The position numbers and the translations under genes were made by a program. This document shows, one piece after another, positions 18,084-27,124 of a stretch of 64,000 bases of DNA. The notes below the pieces were generated by a model. The model searched no databases, was not told where the DNA came from, and saw only the letters and a list, made by a program, of their open reading frames with translations. The stretch is from positions 248,001-312,000 of IMG/VR virus record IMGVR_UViG_3300044796_000657; one strand, given 5' to 3'. Positions within the stretch are counted from its first letter, which is position 1. Every line of letters starts with the position of its first letter.

Positions 18084-18776
18084 ATGATAGACAAACAACT
18101 GCAATTGATTTTGGAATGGAAAGATCCTGTCTGGACACAAGACATGGTGTTGGCATTCCGATTGGGACAAATATACATGGAACTAGAGAAGAAATATTTC
18201 CCAACAGAAAGTAGGGCAAAATACCCGAAAAAAGGTGATCCACGTACAAGCGAATTATTCCGTCTTTGTTACAAGATGGTGAATGATAACAAAGATAAGC
18301 TAAAACCGCAAGAATATCGTTTGTTCATGCAGGCGCAATTGTCAATCCTGAAAAACATCAAAGCTGGCCCCGCAAGCCAATTGTTTTACGGCCCACGTTG
18401 CTTGATCGGTGATCCTGCTTGGGGACGTTGGGTGGTATGGAGCAAATATGCCAAAGCCCAAAAGGTTGTTGAATCGTCGTCTCCTGAACCTGTTGAAAAC
18501 TACACTGAAGACCTACTCAAGACAAAAACTCTTTTAGAAAACAAACTCAAACCCTTGAACAAAGATACGATGAATGCTGCGCTGGTCTCTGGTCAAATAT
18601 TCCGATTAGCAATGTTGAAAGTCATTTCTCCAATATTTTTGCGGGCGTGCCCATTGGTGCAGAAATATATCTCATCCCATCCCGAAGTAAGTCGATTGTA
18701 TGATGTTAAAATAACAGAACCACTTCCGAAAGAAGTGGTTCTAAAATATGACGAATTATTCGCTTGTTTGAATTAA
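18084..18776 (+). CDS. Hypothetical protein
   Basis: 230-aa ORF divergent from the replication operon. Confidence 0.55.
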   Translation: MIDKQLQLILEWKDPVWTQDMVLAFRLGQIYMELEKKYFPTESRAKYPKKGDPRTSELFRLCYKMVNDNKDKLKPQEYRLFMQAQLSILKNIKAGPASQLFYGPRCLIGDPAWGRWVVWSKYAKAQKVVESSSPEPVENYTEDLLKTKTLLENKLKPLNKDTMNAALVSGQIFRLAMLKVISPIFLRACPLVQKYISSHPEVSRLYDVKITEPLPKEVVLKYDELFACLN

Positions 18777-19360
18777 AATGTATCAAAAAACTGAACATCA
18801 ATCATTCTTTTGGCAATATATTTGACAACTTGTTTCTCGGCTTTTTTGGCGCTGGTAAACTTCATCAAAGTCGCCCATAAGTCTTCAATAGAGCTATACG
18901 TAATATGGGTTGCGTATTTGCTGCAATACAAATAAACACCCTTGAACTTAAACACATATCTCGCATTGTTGTAACTGCGATATTTCTTAACGGCTTTATT
19001 CAATCGTTTGATAAACCGTTCTTTGGGGAACGGTTGCATCTCTGGGAACAATTTAGTCAAACATTCATTGAAATTCGCTGGAATGATATTGGGTTCAAGT
19101 TTGCCACCTTCCATGAACTTTGCTTTTTCTTCTTCGGAATAAGCGTCATGTTTGTGCTTTTCCCATAATATCATTCCACGAAGCTGGTCTTCTGTTACTT
19201 CTCTCTTTTCGTAGTATGCCAACAATTTATCGGCATTCCAATCTTTTCGAAAATCAGAATTGAGCGTGTGAGCCAACGAGTAATCAACTATTAACTGTTC
19301 TTGATATTCTTCTAGGCATTTTTTCAAAGTTTCAATTGCCTCTAATTCATTGTTTTCCAT
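18773..19360 (-). CDS. Hypothetical protein
   Basis: ORF track starts at 19411; ATG at 19360 (MENNELE) overlaps the upstream gene end and follows AAGGA. Confidence 0.5.
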   Translation of the reverse strand: MENNELEAIETLKKCLEEYQEQLIVDYSLAHTLNSDFRKDWNADKLLAYYEKREVTEDQLRGMILWEKHKHDAYSEEEKAKFMEGGKLEPNIIPANFNECLTKLFPEMQPFPKERFIKRLNKAVKKYRSYNNARYVFKFKGVYLYCSKYATHITYSSIEDLWATLMKFTSAKKAEKQVVKYIAKRMIDVQFFDTF

Positions 19361-19799
19361 CGGTTCCTTCAAAAAGTGAATAGAAAGCGTGATGGAAGGT
19401 GAAAATTGCATTCACGCCATCAGCCGCTTCTTGTAAATCTGTCACCCTCAATCCGTGCATCACCCACGATTCGGTTTGTTCACCGTGTTTATCGTACGTA
19501 CGCAAAATACCGGCAAAATTACCATCGATTTCCAACAAGCGAATTTGAGACTTGCTTTCTAAAAATTTGGGGTCGGTGTAAGTCATGTTAACTTTTTCCC
19601 ACACGACACAAACCGGTTTCCAAACTTTCTTGCCGTTTTCAACAACTTCCAATTGTTCAACAATCTTGACGGAGGGTCTTTCGTCAAGGTGTACGACTGT
19701 TTCTGGTAAAATACTCAAGTGATTCTTGTCGTAGATTTCGAACGTCTGAAATTCTACACCTTTAGCGAGAATCTTGTCTACTAGCCATTTATTTTTCAT
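19347..19799 (-). CDS. Hypothetical protein
   Basis: 150 aa, GGAG SD. Confidence 0.5.
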   Translation of the reverse strand: MKNKWLVDKILAKGVEFQTFEIYDKNHLSILPETVVHLDERPSVKIVEQLEVVENGKKVWKPVCVVWEKVNMTYTDPKFLESKSQIRLLEIDGNFAGILRTYDKHGEQTESWVMHGLRVTDLQEAADGVNAIFTFHHAFYSLFEGTDGKQ

Positions 19800-19808
19800 A
19801 ATTGCTCC

Positions 19809-20612
19809 TTAGAAGTATTTTAGTGATGTAATCACAGTATCGATAATTTCATCTTTGTCTTGCGTTGGTGTGAAGAACGCATCCAAATACGGAATATCAA
19901 TTTCCCAATCGCCACCATCTTGTCCAATTGATACGGTGGACACAATCACGTGAATTAATCCACGTTTTTTATCGAAGTTAACATCTATTGTCGCTTCGGG
20001 TGTTTGTGTAACATTTCTAGTTCTACTTGCCAATTTTCCTACGCCCATGCCTCTAAGATTGAAATAAATGACGAAATAGTCTTTTCGTACTTCTTTGATG
20101 TCTTGAAAAATGTATAAATCGGGTGCGTGTGCCCTTACTCTTGCGCTCATCCTCTTAGCCAGATTGATGACTTCGCATTTCTCGGTTGCTACTTCTAATT
20201 GATCAAAATAAATTTTTTCTACTTGCTTGAAAACGTCGTCCGCTACAAACTCTTCTTTCCCTGCGTAATCTTTCAATTTTGGTTTGAATACGTTTTTGAG
20301 AATCCAAGTCGACGTACCTTCTAGGTCGGTAATGCGTCTTTCAACGAAAATGGTGATATTTGGCGTTAATTTAACTCTTACGGCTCCGGCATCTTTGCCG
20401 CCCCATACGACTTGATCTAAAAATGCATGACTTGAACGTATGCGATTGCCGATTTTCTTGTGTGCGAGAGTCCCCATCAGCCATTCGACGCTAAAGGGCT
20501 TGACCGGCATTTCGTCTTCTGCCGTATCATCCTCTGCGGCTAATACTTTCTTAGCTTCAAGATCATCGAAGCCAAATATGTCGCTTTCAAAATAACTCTT
20601 AAATACACCCAT
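19809..20612 (-). CDS. Hypothetical protein with capsid-targeting-like N-terminus
   Basis: MGVFKSYFE; TAAATA 6 nt upstream. Confidence 0.55.
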   Translation of the reverse strand: MGVFKSYFESDIFGFDDLEAKKVLAAEDDTAEDEMPVKPFSVEWLMGTLAHKKIGNRIRSSHAFLDQVVWGGKDAGAVRVKLTPNITIFVERRITDLEGTSTWILKNVFKPKLKDYAGKEEFVADDVFKQVEKIYFDQLEVATEKCEVINLAKRMSARVRAHAPDLYIFQDIKEVRKDYFVIYFNLRGMGVGKLASRTRNVTQTPEATIDVNFDKKRGLIHVIVSTVSIGQDGGDWEIDIPYLDAFFTPTQDKDEIIDTVITSLKYF

Positions 20613-20618
20613 CCTATA

Positions 20619-20624
20619 TATTTA
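20619..20624 (-). promoter_or_regulatory. TAAATA late-promoter-like box
   Basis: TAAATA-tatagg-ATG(20612). Confidence 0.5.
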
Positions 20625-20667
20625 CTCCTAATGGTTCATTTCTATGTACACATCGTAAAGGCTAAAA

Positions 20668-20952
20668 ATGAAATTCCGTGATTTTGTAAGGTTAAAAGAA
20701 GGCGTTGATTTATCAGACATCCGTGATATGATTTTGAGAGCGATAGGCGGCAACCCCGAAAGTCACGAGGCGTTTAATGCTCCGCTCACTCAGTTTGTAG
20801 AACCGGGGGATTTGGTCAACCGACTTAATTCACTAAAGGGACTCGCTGACCTAATCAAAGATAATGCTTCGGCAATTGATGCGATACAGAACGCACAGAC
20901 CAACAATTTAACTGTTGGACAATTGGCCGTGATTTTGACACGACAAGGATAA
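20668..20952 (+). CDS. Small protein with capsid-targeting-like N-terminus
   Basis: MKFRDFVRLKE. Confidence 0.55.
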   Translation: MKFRDFVRLKEGVDLSDIRDMILRAIGGNPESHEAFNAPLTQFVEPGDLVNRLNSLKGLADLIKDNASAIDAIQNAQTNNLTVGQLAVILTRQG

Positions 20953-20955
20953 CAA

Positions 20956-21189
20956 ATGCTCAATTCCGAACTTTCATTGTACGAAGGTATGCACGTGAAA
21001 ATTCAAGCGACTAATTATGGAATCGGACCTGAAACCATTGTTAAGGGAAAGTTGCGGTTTTCGGGTTCTACAAAACGTTGGTTCGTTGAAAGAACGGGCG
21101 TCTACGCCAATTTTACGTCGATGGAAATCAGCAAAATTGATCTTTGGACTCCCCAATACGAAGTTGAGATATTAAAGGAGACTCACTAA
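20956..21189 (+). CDS. Array paralog 1 of 6 (small beta-rich, Sm/SH3-like?)
   Basis: MLNSEL..Y.G..VKI...GKLRF...YEVEIL. Confidence 0.65.
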   Translation: MLNSELSLYEGMHVKIQATNYGIGPETIVKGKLRFSGSTKRWFVERTGVYANFTSMEISKIDLWTPQYEVEILKETH

Positions 21190-21407
21190 TGACCAATGCA
21201 GAATTGAAAATACTTCGCAATAAACGGGTCGAAGTTAAGTTTAGCGACCGAAGTAGTGCTGCCGGTACTACTCGCAAGGGTCTTTTGACGTACAATTATG
21301 ATCGTGAGCGATGGATGGTCGGTTCAAAATCGTTCTATCTCGACGACATTGAAACCGTTGTCAAAATACAGCCGTACGTAGTGGAGATTCTTGATGAAGC
21401 CAATTAG
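21189..21407 (+). CDS. Array paralog 2 of 6
   Basis: NKRVEV...GLLTY...VVEILD. Confidence 0.65.
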   Translation: MTNAELKILRNKRVEVKFSDRSSAAGTTRKGLLTYNYDRERWMVGSKSFYLDDIETVVKIQPYVVEILDEAN

Positions 21408-21618
21408 CCTCAAACCATTTCTCAATAAGCGAGTTGAAATTACGAGAATTCCATTAACGGTGGATGATCCTCGCACTGTTAGAGGCCGATTAAGCTACAA
21501 GAAGTCCGATCCTTATGGGTATTTTCGCATAGACAACACAGCATATTGCTCGTTCCGAGTCACTTCTATCAAACTAGCACCGGCAATTAGCGTGGAGATT
21601 CTCGATGCTCAAGAGTGA
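21394..21618 (+). CDS. Array paralog 3 of 6
   Basis: ATG at 21394 after GGAG-7nt; NKRVEI...GRLSY...SVEILD. Confidence 0.65.
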   Translation: MKPISLKPFLNKRVEITRIPLTVDDPRTVRGRLSYKKSDPYGYFRIDNTAYCSFRVTSIKLAPAISVEILDAQE

Positions 21619-21832
21619 GTTCAAGCCATATGTTGGCAAAAAAGTTATTCTCCATAGAGGCGTGTTCAATGGTGTCCAATTGCCGCCTTCTACTGGTGTA
21701 ATAACTACCACAAAGATTCAACTTATCAATTATTATTACATCAATGGAATGGCCTTTAATGTTTCCAATGTAACAAGTGTTGAAGTTGTCAAACCAAAGC
21801 TAACTGTGGAGATCCTTGATGTATACCAGTGA
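21605..21832 (+). CDS. Array paralog 4 of 6
   Basis: GKKVIL...GVIT...TVEILD. Confidence 0.65.
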   Translation: MLKSEFKPYVGKKVILHRGVFNGVQLPPSTGVITTTKIQLINYYYINGMAFNVSNVTSVEVVKPKLTVEILDVYQ

Positions 21833-22031
21833 AATAATACCCTACTTGAATAAAAAGGTAGCTATCGTTTGCTATAAATTTGGCATACCTATGAATTACA
21901 CGGGCGTATTGACAATGAGCGACGACTCTTATGGCTATTGTCACATTGATAAGTCTCCCCACTGCATCAAATACATCACTCAAATTAAGTTAAAATCATC
22001 CATCAAAGTAGAGATTCTCGATGTTGATTAA
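21819..22031 (+). CDS. Array paralog 5 of 6
   Basis: ATG at 21819; NKKVAI...GVLTM...KVEILD. Confidence 0.65.
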   Translation: MYTSEIIPYLNKKVAIVCYKFGIPMNYTGVLTMSDDSYGYCHIDKSPHCIKYITQIKLKSSIKVEILDVD

Positions 22032-22269
22032 CGAAATTATTCCTTTTAGCGGCCAAAAAGTCATAGTGACATGTATTAAGTATAAAGTTTCAGGTATCAT
22101 GCAGCAACCTTACAAGCTTTATGGTACCGAATACGTTGTAGTACAAAAAGACAATTTGTTCCACTATAACTTGCGTTTAGGAAATATAGTTTCCATTGAA
22201 CCACAACCATCAAAATACAAAGTGGAGATTTTAGATGAATCTCAATACGCTGCCAATCAGCATAGTTAA
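22021..22269 (+). CDS. Array paralog 6 of 6
   Basis: GQKVIV...GIM...KVEILD; its 3' end overlaps the PheRS start. Confidence 0.65.
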   Translation: MLINEIIPFSGQKVIVTCIKYKVSGIMQQPYKLYGTEYVVVQKDNLFHYNLRLGNIVSIEPQPSKYKVEILDESQYAANQHS

Positions 22270-23260
22270 CAAGATGGGAAAGAACCTTCATCAAAAAAAG
22301 GATCACCCATTACAAAAACTCCAAAAACGTATCACAAGTCTCTTCACAGACTTCAAAATCTTTGATCAAGTTTATCCAGTAGTATCGGTTGAGGATAACT
22401 TCGACCGCCTTTTGGTACCACACAATCACCCGTCACGCAGCCCTAGCGACACTTACTATCTGGACAATAAAGAAGTCCTTCGTACTCATACTTCAGCACA
22501 CCAACACCAGTTGCTTCGCCGTGGAAACAAAAAGTTCCTAGTGGTGGGTGATGTTTACCGCAAGGATGAAATCGATAGGAACCATTATCCCGTCTTTCAC
22601 CAGATTGAAGGCGTTTGCATCTATCCGGATGATGAGCGGGAAGTTGAAGAAAAACTCCATCATCATATTTACGATGTTATGAGTGATTTGTTCCCCAACA
22701 TGCCAACACGTCGATTAAAAAGCAGTTTCCCCTTCACTCATCCGTCGTGGGAATACGAGGTTTTCTTTAAGCAGAACTGGTTAGAGATTTTGGGTTGTGG
22801 TATCATCCAGCCAGAAATTTTGAAATCTGCCGAAGTTAAAGGTAAAGGTTGGGCATTCGGCATGGGATTGGAACGCCTAGCGATGGCATTGTATGACATT
22901 CCCGATATTCGTTACTTCTGGTCAGATGATCCGAGAACCACAGACCAGTTCAAGGATATGGGCGACGACTTCAAATTCAAACCGTACAGCCTCCATCCAT
23001 CATGCTATAAGGATATTGCGTTTTGGCTTAAGGGGGAATTTAATACGGGCGAATTCTTTCAAATGATACGTGATGAAGGCCAAGACCTTATCGAAAGAGT
23101 TGTCAAAACGGACACCTACACCAGAGAAGACGGCAAAACAAGTATATGTTACCGTATCTTCTACTGCTCAATGGATAGGACGCTGACAAACGAAGAGATT
23201 GATACTATCCAATTCAGAATACGCAAAAGAATGAGCGATTTTAACGTGGAGCTAAGATGA
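22235..23260 (+). CDS. pheS: Monomeric (organellar-type) phenylalanyl-tRNA synthetase: catalytic domain plus FDX-ACB
   Basis: HPSR..SDTYY, VLRTHTSAHQ, GDVYRKDEIDRNHYPVFHQIEG, FPFTHPSWE, WLEILGCG, GWAFGMGLERLAM; C-terminal YKDIAFW...SICYRI.Y...RTLTNEEI. Confidence 0.92.
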   Translation: MNLNTLPISIVNKMGKNLHQKKDHPLQKLQKRITSLFTDFKIFDQVYPVVSVEDNFDRLLVPHNHPSRSPSDTYYLDNKEVLRTHTSAHQHQLLRRGNKKFLVVGDVYRKDEIDRNHYPVFHQIEGVCIYPDDEREVEEKLHHHIYDVMSDLFPNMPTRRLKSSFPFTHPSWEYEVFFKQNWLEILGCGIIQPEILKSAEVKGKGWAFGMGLERLAMALYDIPDIRYFWSDDPRTTDQFKDMGDDFKFKPYSLHPSCYKDIAFWLKGEFNTGEFFQMIRDEGQDLIERVVKTDTYTREDGKTSICYRIFYCSMDRTLTNEEIDTIQFRIRKRMSDFNVELR

Positions 23261-23439
23261 ACTGCAAACTCTGCGATGGACTTGGCATGGTCGCCCGCCC
23301 CTATGACGAAACATTGGGGTTTTGGGAGGACTGCCCATTATGCATCAAACCAGTTAAGGTTCAAAGGCCGCCTTATGGCTTGTTAATATTTTTCTTTGTC
23401 GTTATTGTTACGATTTTCTTGTACAGCATGGGGAAATGA
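23257..23439 (+). CDS. Small CxxC zinc-finger protein with C-terminal TM helix
   Basis: CKLCDGLG...CPLC followed by a hydrophobic tail. Confidence 0.5.
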   Translation: MNCKLCDGLGMVARPYDETLGFWEDCPLCIKPVKVQRPPYGLLIFFFVVIVTIFLYSMGK

Positions 23440-23672
23440 TCATGATCGATGCATTCGGCCAACCAATCGGCCTTATAACACTTTGCTGCCGAGGCACCAA
23501 AGGAAGCGGCGGCACGGTTTACAATGGAGGGGTGGTAATTAAAGTGTTTGAGCAGACACACACAAGCCCAGACAGAGTTACTGTTGAAGTCAAACAAACA
23601 AGTGCTCGTCATGGAATAACGCCTTCAAACCCAATCCTTTACGCAAGTAATGTTGTTGTTTTACCGCAATAA
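23436..23672 (+). CDS. Hypothetical protein
   Basis: 78 aa, coupled by ATGA overlap. Confidence 0.45.
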   Translation: MIMIDAFGQPIGLITLCCRGTKGSGGTVYNGGVVIKVFEQTHTSPDRVTVEVKQTSARHGITPSNPILYASNVVVLPQ

Positions 23673-23693
23673 TAAACATTAAGGTGTTTTACA

Positions 23694-25043
23694 ATGGAAC
23701 TGCAAAACCTCCTTGGAAGCAACCAGTTTTTCTCTGGTGGCTTAGTGTTAATGGTGTTAGGTGGGCTACTCGCCTACTTCAGACACCTTCCAGCCAAGCT
23801 CTACGCCTTCTTTGAACGATTCTTCATCTTGAAGATTGACATTCAAGACGAAGACGAAGCCTATCAATGGATGCAGGTTTGGCTTGCTGACAGGCTCAAA
23901 CACGCACTTTCTATCTCCGTTATTACCAAACGAAAAAACGAACTTCGAGACTTTTCCGAAGACGAGTACATCACCAAACCCAAGTCGCAAATCTACTTCG
24001 TTCCGGCAGTAGGTACCTACTTCTTCTGGTATAAGAATAGGTTCGTTACACTTAACAGATCCCGTCAAGAGAATACCACCGGCGGAAACATGTTAAGTTC
24101 CACTGGTACTGGACTCACTAGCGCCAGAGCAAAAGAGTCCTTCACATTCAGAGTTTTTTCCCGCAACAAAGAGATTGCTACGTCGCTCATTACCGAAGCC
24201 CGTGACATGGCCGTACCAGAAGACGGCAAACTGGAAATCCGTGTCGCTTCATGGGCACAATGGCGTACCGGTACCAGAATCAAACCGAGAGACTTGGAGT
24301 CTGTCATTTTGGCGGGCGATAAGGTCGTGGAAATCGCTGCGGTCATCAAGGAATTCTTGGATAGTCGTGACTGGTACGAAAAAGTCGGTGTTCCTTACCG
24401 TCTATCCTTCTTGTTCAAAGGCCCGCCCGGTAATGGCAAGACAACTGCCGCCAAAGCCTTGGGTGGCTACTTCGGCATGAACATCCACGTTCTCGTTTTA
24501 TCTGATCCAGATTTGAACGACAACAAAATCACCGAGCTTCTCTCTAACGTACCCGAAGGCAGTATCGTATTGTTGGAGGATATTGATTGTGCTTTCAATC
24601 AACGTAATAGGGTTGGGAAAGATGGCGGCTTAACATTCAGCGGATTGTTAAATGCTATTGATGGTGTGGCGAGTAGTGAAGGTCGTATTCTCATTATGAC
24701 GACTAATCACGTTGAGAATCTTGATTCTGCCCTCATCCGTCCCGGCAGAGCTGACAAACACTATACGTTCGGCAATGCTACGGGGGAACAGGCTACCAAG
24801 CTCTACAATCGTTTCTTCCCCGGCAACGTCAAGATGGGGGAAGAGTTTGGAAAATTGGTACCAAATGAAGTCTATAGTATGGCCGTACTTCAATGTTACT
24901 TGATGTCATATCGCCATCAACCGTATGAAGCGGTTGTTAACATTGCTAAAATTGCGGATATACAAGCGAACATGATTCCATTACCACCCGAATCACCGCC
25001 TGAACCTGACTCGGTGTCATTGTCGGAAAAATCGGAAGACTAA
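23694..25043 (+). CDS. BCS1-like membrane-anchored AAA+ ATPase
   Basis: N-terminal TM (NQFFSGGLVLMVLG), AYQWMQVWL, FVPAVGTYFFWYKNR, WY..VGVPYR, GPPGNGKT, LLEDIDCAF, LTFSGLLNAIDGV.S.EGRI, ALIRPGRAD. Confidence 0.88.
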   Translation: MELQNLLGSNQFFSGGLVLMVLGGLLAYFRHLPAKLYAFFERFFILKIDIQDEDEAYQWMQVWLADRLKHALSISVITKRKNELRDFSEDEYITKPKSQIYFVPAVGTYFFWYKNRFVTLNRSRQENTTGGNMLSSTGTGLTSARAKESFTFRVFSRNKEIATSLITEARDMAVPEDGKLEIRVASWAQWRTGTRIKPRDLESVILAGDKVVEIAAVIKEFLDSRDWYEKVGVPYRLSFLFKGPPGNGKTTAAKALGGYFGMNIHVLVLSDPDLNDNKITELLSNVPEGSIVLLEDIDCAFNQRNRVGKDGGLTFSGLLNAIDGVASSEGRILIMTTNHVENLDSALIRPGRADKHYTFGNATGEQATKLYNRFFPGNVKMGEEFGKLVPNEVYSMAVLQCYLMSYRHQPYEAVVNIAKIADIQANMIPLPPESPPEPDSVSLSEKSED

Positions 25044-26064
25044 TGAGTTTGTCTTTTAAGTCGAAAGCAACCGGGGTATGAGTACCCATATACATTGTCG
25101 TGCTTCCGATGAGGTTTGGATAATGGTATCCGTAAGCGATACTGTTTTTGTTAAGATCACTCGCTAACTGATTTCTTTCTTCGAGGGATTCACATTTGAA
25201 TTCGTAGAGGTGATAAATGTGTCGGCTATTGGGTTGTTGGACAGGACAACGCCCAATGCCGAATATTTCATTGTACAAGTTGGCAATCGCACGTCTTCTA
25301 TCATTCCAATTATCCAATCTGTCCAGCGCATGAAAGAGTTGCGCAGCCACGATACTGTCTAATCGATAATTCCCGCCAAGACAAATATGCTCGTATTTTT
25401 CAATGCTGCCCTGATTGGCAATAATGCGAATTCTTTTTGCTAATGCTGAATCGTTGGTGATAACAGCACCACCTTGACCGCAACCGCCAAGGTTTTTCGC
25501 TGGATAGAACGAAGTTGATGCTGCGTGAGAGTAATATCCTACCGACTTCTTTTGGTACGTTGCGCCAATGGATTGCGCCGCATCCTCCAACAGATAAACC
25601 TTATGTTTCTGGCAAAGTTCGTACAGTGCTTCCATGTTCGGCATTTGGCCATACAAGTTAACTGCTAAGACTGCTTTGATATGATGTCGTTTGTTATTCT
25701 TGAGTTTTTCTTCTACGGCATCGTAATCAATGAGATAGGTGTAAGGATTGACATCAACTAGGACTGGTTTGGCTCCGGCTCTTGATACACCGAATGCCGA
25801 AGCGATAAACGAATTATTAGGGACTATGACAGAATCACCCTTACCTATGTCCAAACCCTCGCAAATCAATTGTATCGCATCTGTACCGTTACTGACGCCG
25901 ACTACGTGATCGATGTCTAAATAGTTTGCTAAGGATCTTTCAAATCTATCTAGGAAATGTCCACCAACGTAACTTCCGTGTCTCAAAACGTGTAAAACAT
26001 CACGCTCTACACCATCGGCAATTTCAGCGTGTTGTCCGGATAGGTCTACAAAAGGTACGCTCAT
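24946..26064 (-). CDS. DegT/DnrJ/EryC1/StrS PLP aminotransferase (WbpE/WlbC-like)
   Basis: VPFVDL, SNGTDAI, LLEDAAQSIGA, SFYPAKNLGGCGQGG, GGNYRLD, ISLPIFP. Confidence 0.92.
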   Translation of the reverse strand: MSVPFVDLSGQHAEIADGVERDVLHVLRHGSYVGGHFLDRFERSLANYLDIDHVVGVSNGTDAIQLICEGLDIGKGDSVIVPNNSFIASAFGVSRAGAKPVLVDVNPYTYLIDYDAVEEKLKNNKRHHIKAVLAVNLYGQMPNMEALYELCQKHKVYLLEDAAQSIGATYQKKSVGYYSHAASTSFYPAKNLGGCGQGGAVITNDSALAKRIRIIANQGSIEKYEHICLGGNYRLDSIVAAQLFHALDRLDNWNDRRRAIANLYNEIFGIGRCPVQQPNSRHIYHLYEFKCESLEERNQLASDLNKNSIAYGYHYPNLIGSTTMYMGTHTPVAFDLKDKLISLPIFPTMTPSQVQAVIRVVMESCSLVYPQF

Positions 26065-26999
26065 GTTTTTGCTTCTTTACTGTAAGTATCCTCTATTATT
26101 TTGACGACTTCCGCACCGACTTGTCCGTTGGATATGAAGGGTGTGTTATTGTTTAACGAGTCACGGAATTCTTCAAAGAGAACTTGGAGTGGTTCACGGC
26201 ACTCGCCTTGGTATTCTGACACCCAATTGAACGAATGCAGCCAAGCTTTTTCGCTTTTGGATGCTTTCTTGTCGTAAATTTTGATTGGTTTATCGGCCAA
26301 CATATCGTACTCGATCATACCTTCCGTTCCGATAACGGTTGTAGTTCTCACTTTTTTCGGGTATAACCAACTCATGCTGATAGCGTAAGTGGAATCCTTA
26401 TACTTGAGTTCTACTGCCGCCGTATCTATCACGTTCTTATCTAAGTGTCGCAAAAATTTAACTGATTCGACAGTTGGTATATCGTTCATTAGATAATTAG
26501 CCATTGCGATGTCGTGGGGCATCAAATCCCAGACTACCCCGCTATCCTGAAACTTGCCCAAGTTCTGACGGAAGCTATCAATGCGGAGTACTTTTCCGAT
26601 CTTGCCTTGTTCAATCAATGCTCTAATGGTTCTAATATGATCAGAAAATAAAAATGTATGGTCGACGCCGATTTTTATGTTATAATCCTTAGATGCTTGA
26701 TTGAGTAATACAGCTTCTTCGGAATTAACCGTCATCGGCTTTTCAATAAGAACGTGTTTATGGGCTTTGATAGCCTCCATTGCCAGATCGTAATGGGTAC
26801 TCGGCGGCGTTGCGATCACAACGACATCGCAATACGTCCAAGCATCTGATAATTTGTTGAAGGTTGGAATTGGTACATCTGAACGCTCGGCGTCGATATC
26901 GACACGTGCTGTCAGTTTGATGCCATCAACTTTGGAAATGGCACGAACGAGATTTTGTGCCCAATAACCTTTGAACCCAACCAAGCATATATTGATCAT
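26061..26999 (-). CDS. Gfo/Idh/MocA NAD-dependent oxidoreductase (WbpB/WlbA-like)
   Basis: LVGFKGYWAQN, VIATPPSTH, HVLIEKPMT, VWDLMPHDI. Confidence 0.9.
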   Translation of the reverse strand: MINICLVGFKGYWAQNLVRAISKVDGIKLTARVDIDAERSDVPIPTFNKLSDAWTYCDVVVIATPPSTHYDLAMEAIKAHKHVLIEKPMTVNSEEAVLLNQASKDYNIKIGVDHTFLFSDHIRTIRALIEQGKIGKVLRIDSFRQNLGKFQDSGVVWDLMPHDIAMANYLMNDIPTVESVKFLRHLDKNVIDTAAVELKYKDSTYAISMSWLYPKKVRTTTVIGTEGMIEYDMLADKPIKIYDKKASKSEKAWLHSFNWVSEYQGECREPLQVLFEEFRDSLNNNTPFISNGQVGAEVVKIIEDTYSKEAKT

Positions 27000-27124
27000 T
27001 TAATAATCTAATGAAATTACGAAAATTATTTTATCAAGTTTCAACTTTTGAGTCGTTCGTTCCGTAATACTATTGTGAACAAATCGTTCGCATAACATTA
27101 CAAACTTTATAGGAAACCATACAA

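Larger units (their letters stand above)
21381..22237 (+). repeat. Five copies of the 16-nt junction element GTRGAGATYYTHGATG
   Basis: Copies at 21381, 21592, 21806, 22008 and 22222. Each encodes VEILD, contains (G/A)GAG and ends in the next ATG. Confidence 0.85.

Noticed and set aside
18084-18776. gp59-like helicase loader call
   Set aside because: Size and location fit, but I could not recognise diagnostic residues; left as hypothetical.
21381-22237. Regularly spaced repeats as a CRISPR array or integron attC sites
   Set aside because: The repeats are only 16 nt and non-palindromic, the spacers are about 200 nt of coding paralogs, and no cas or integrase gene is present.
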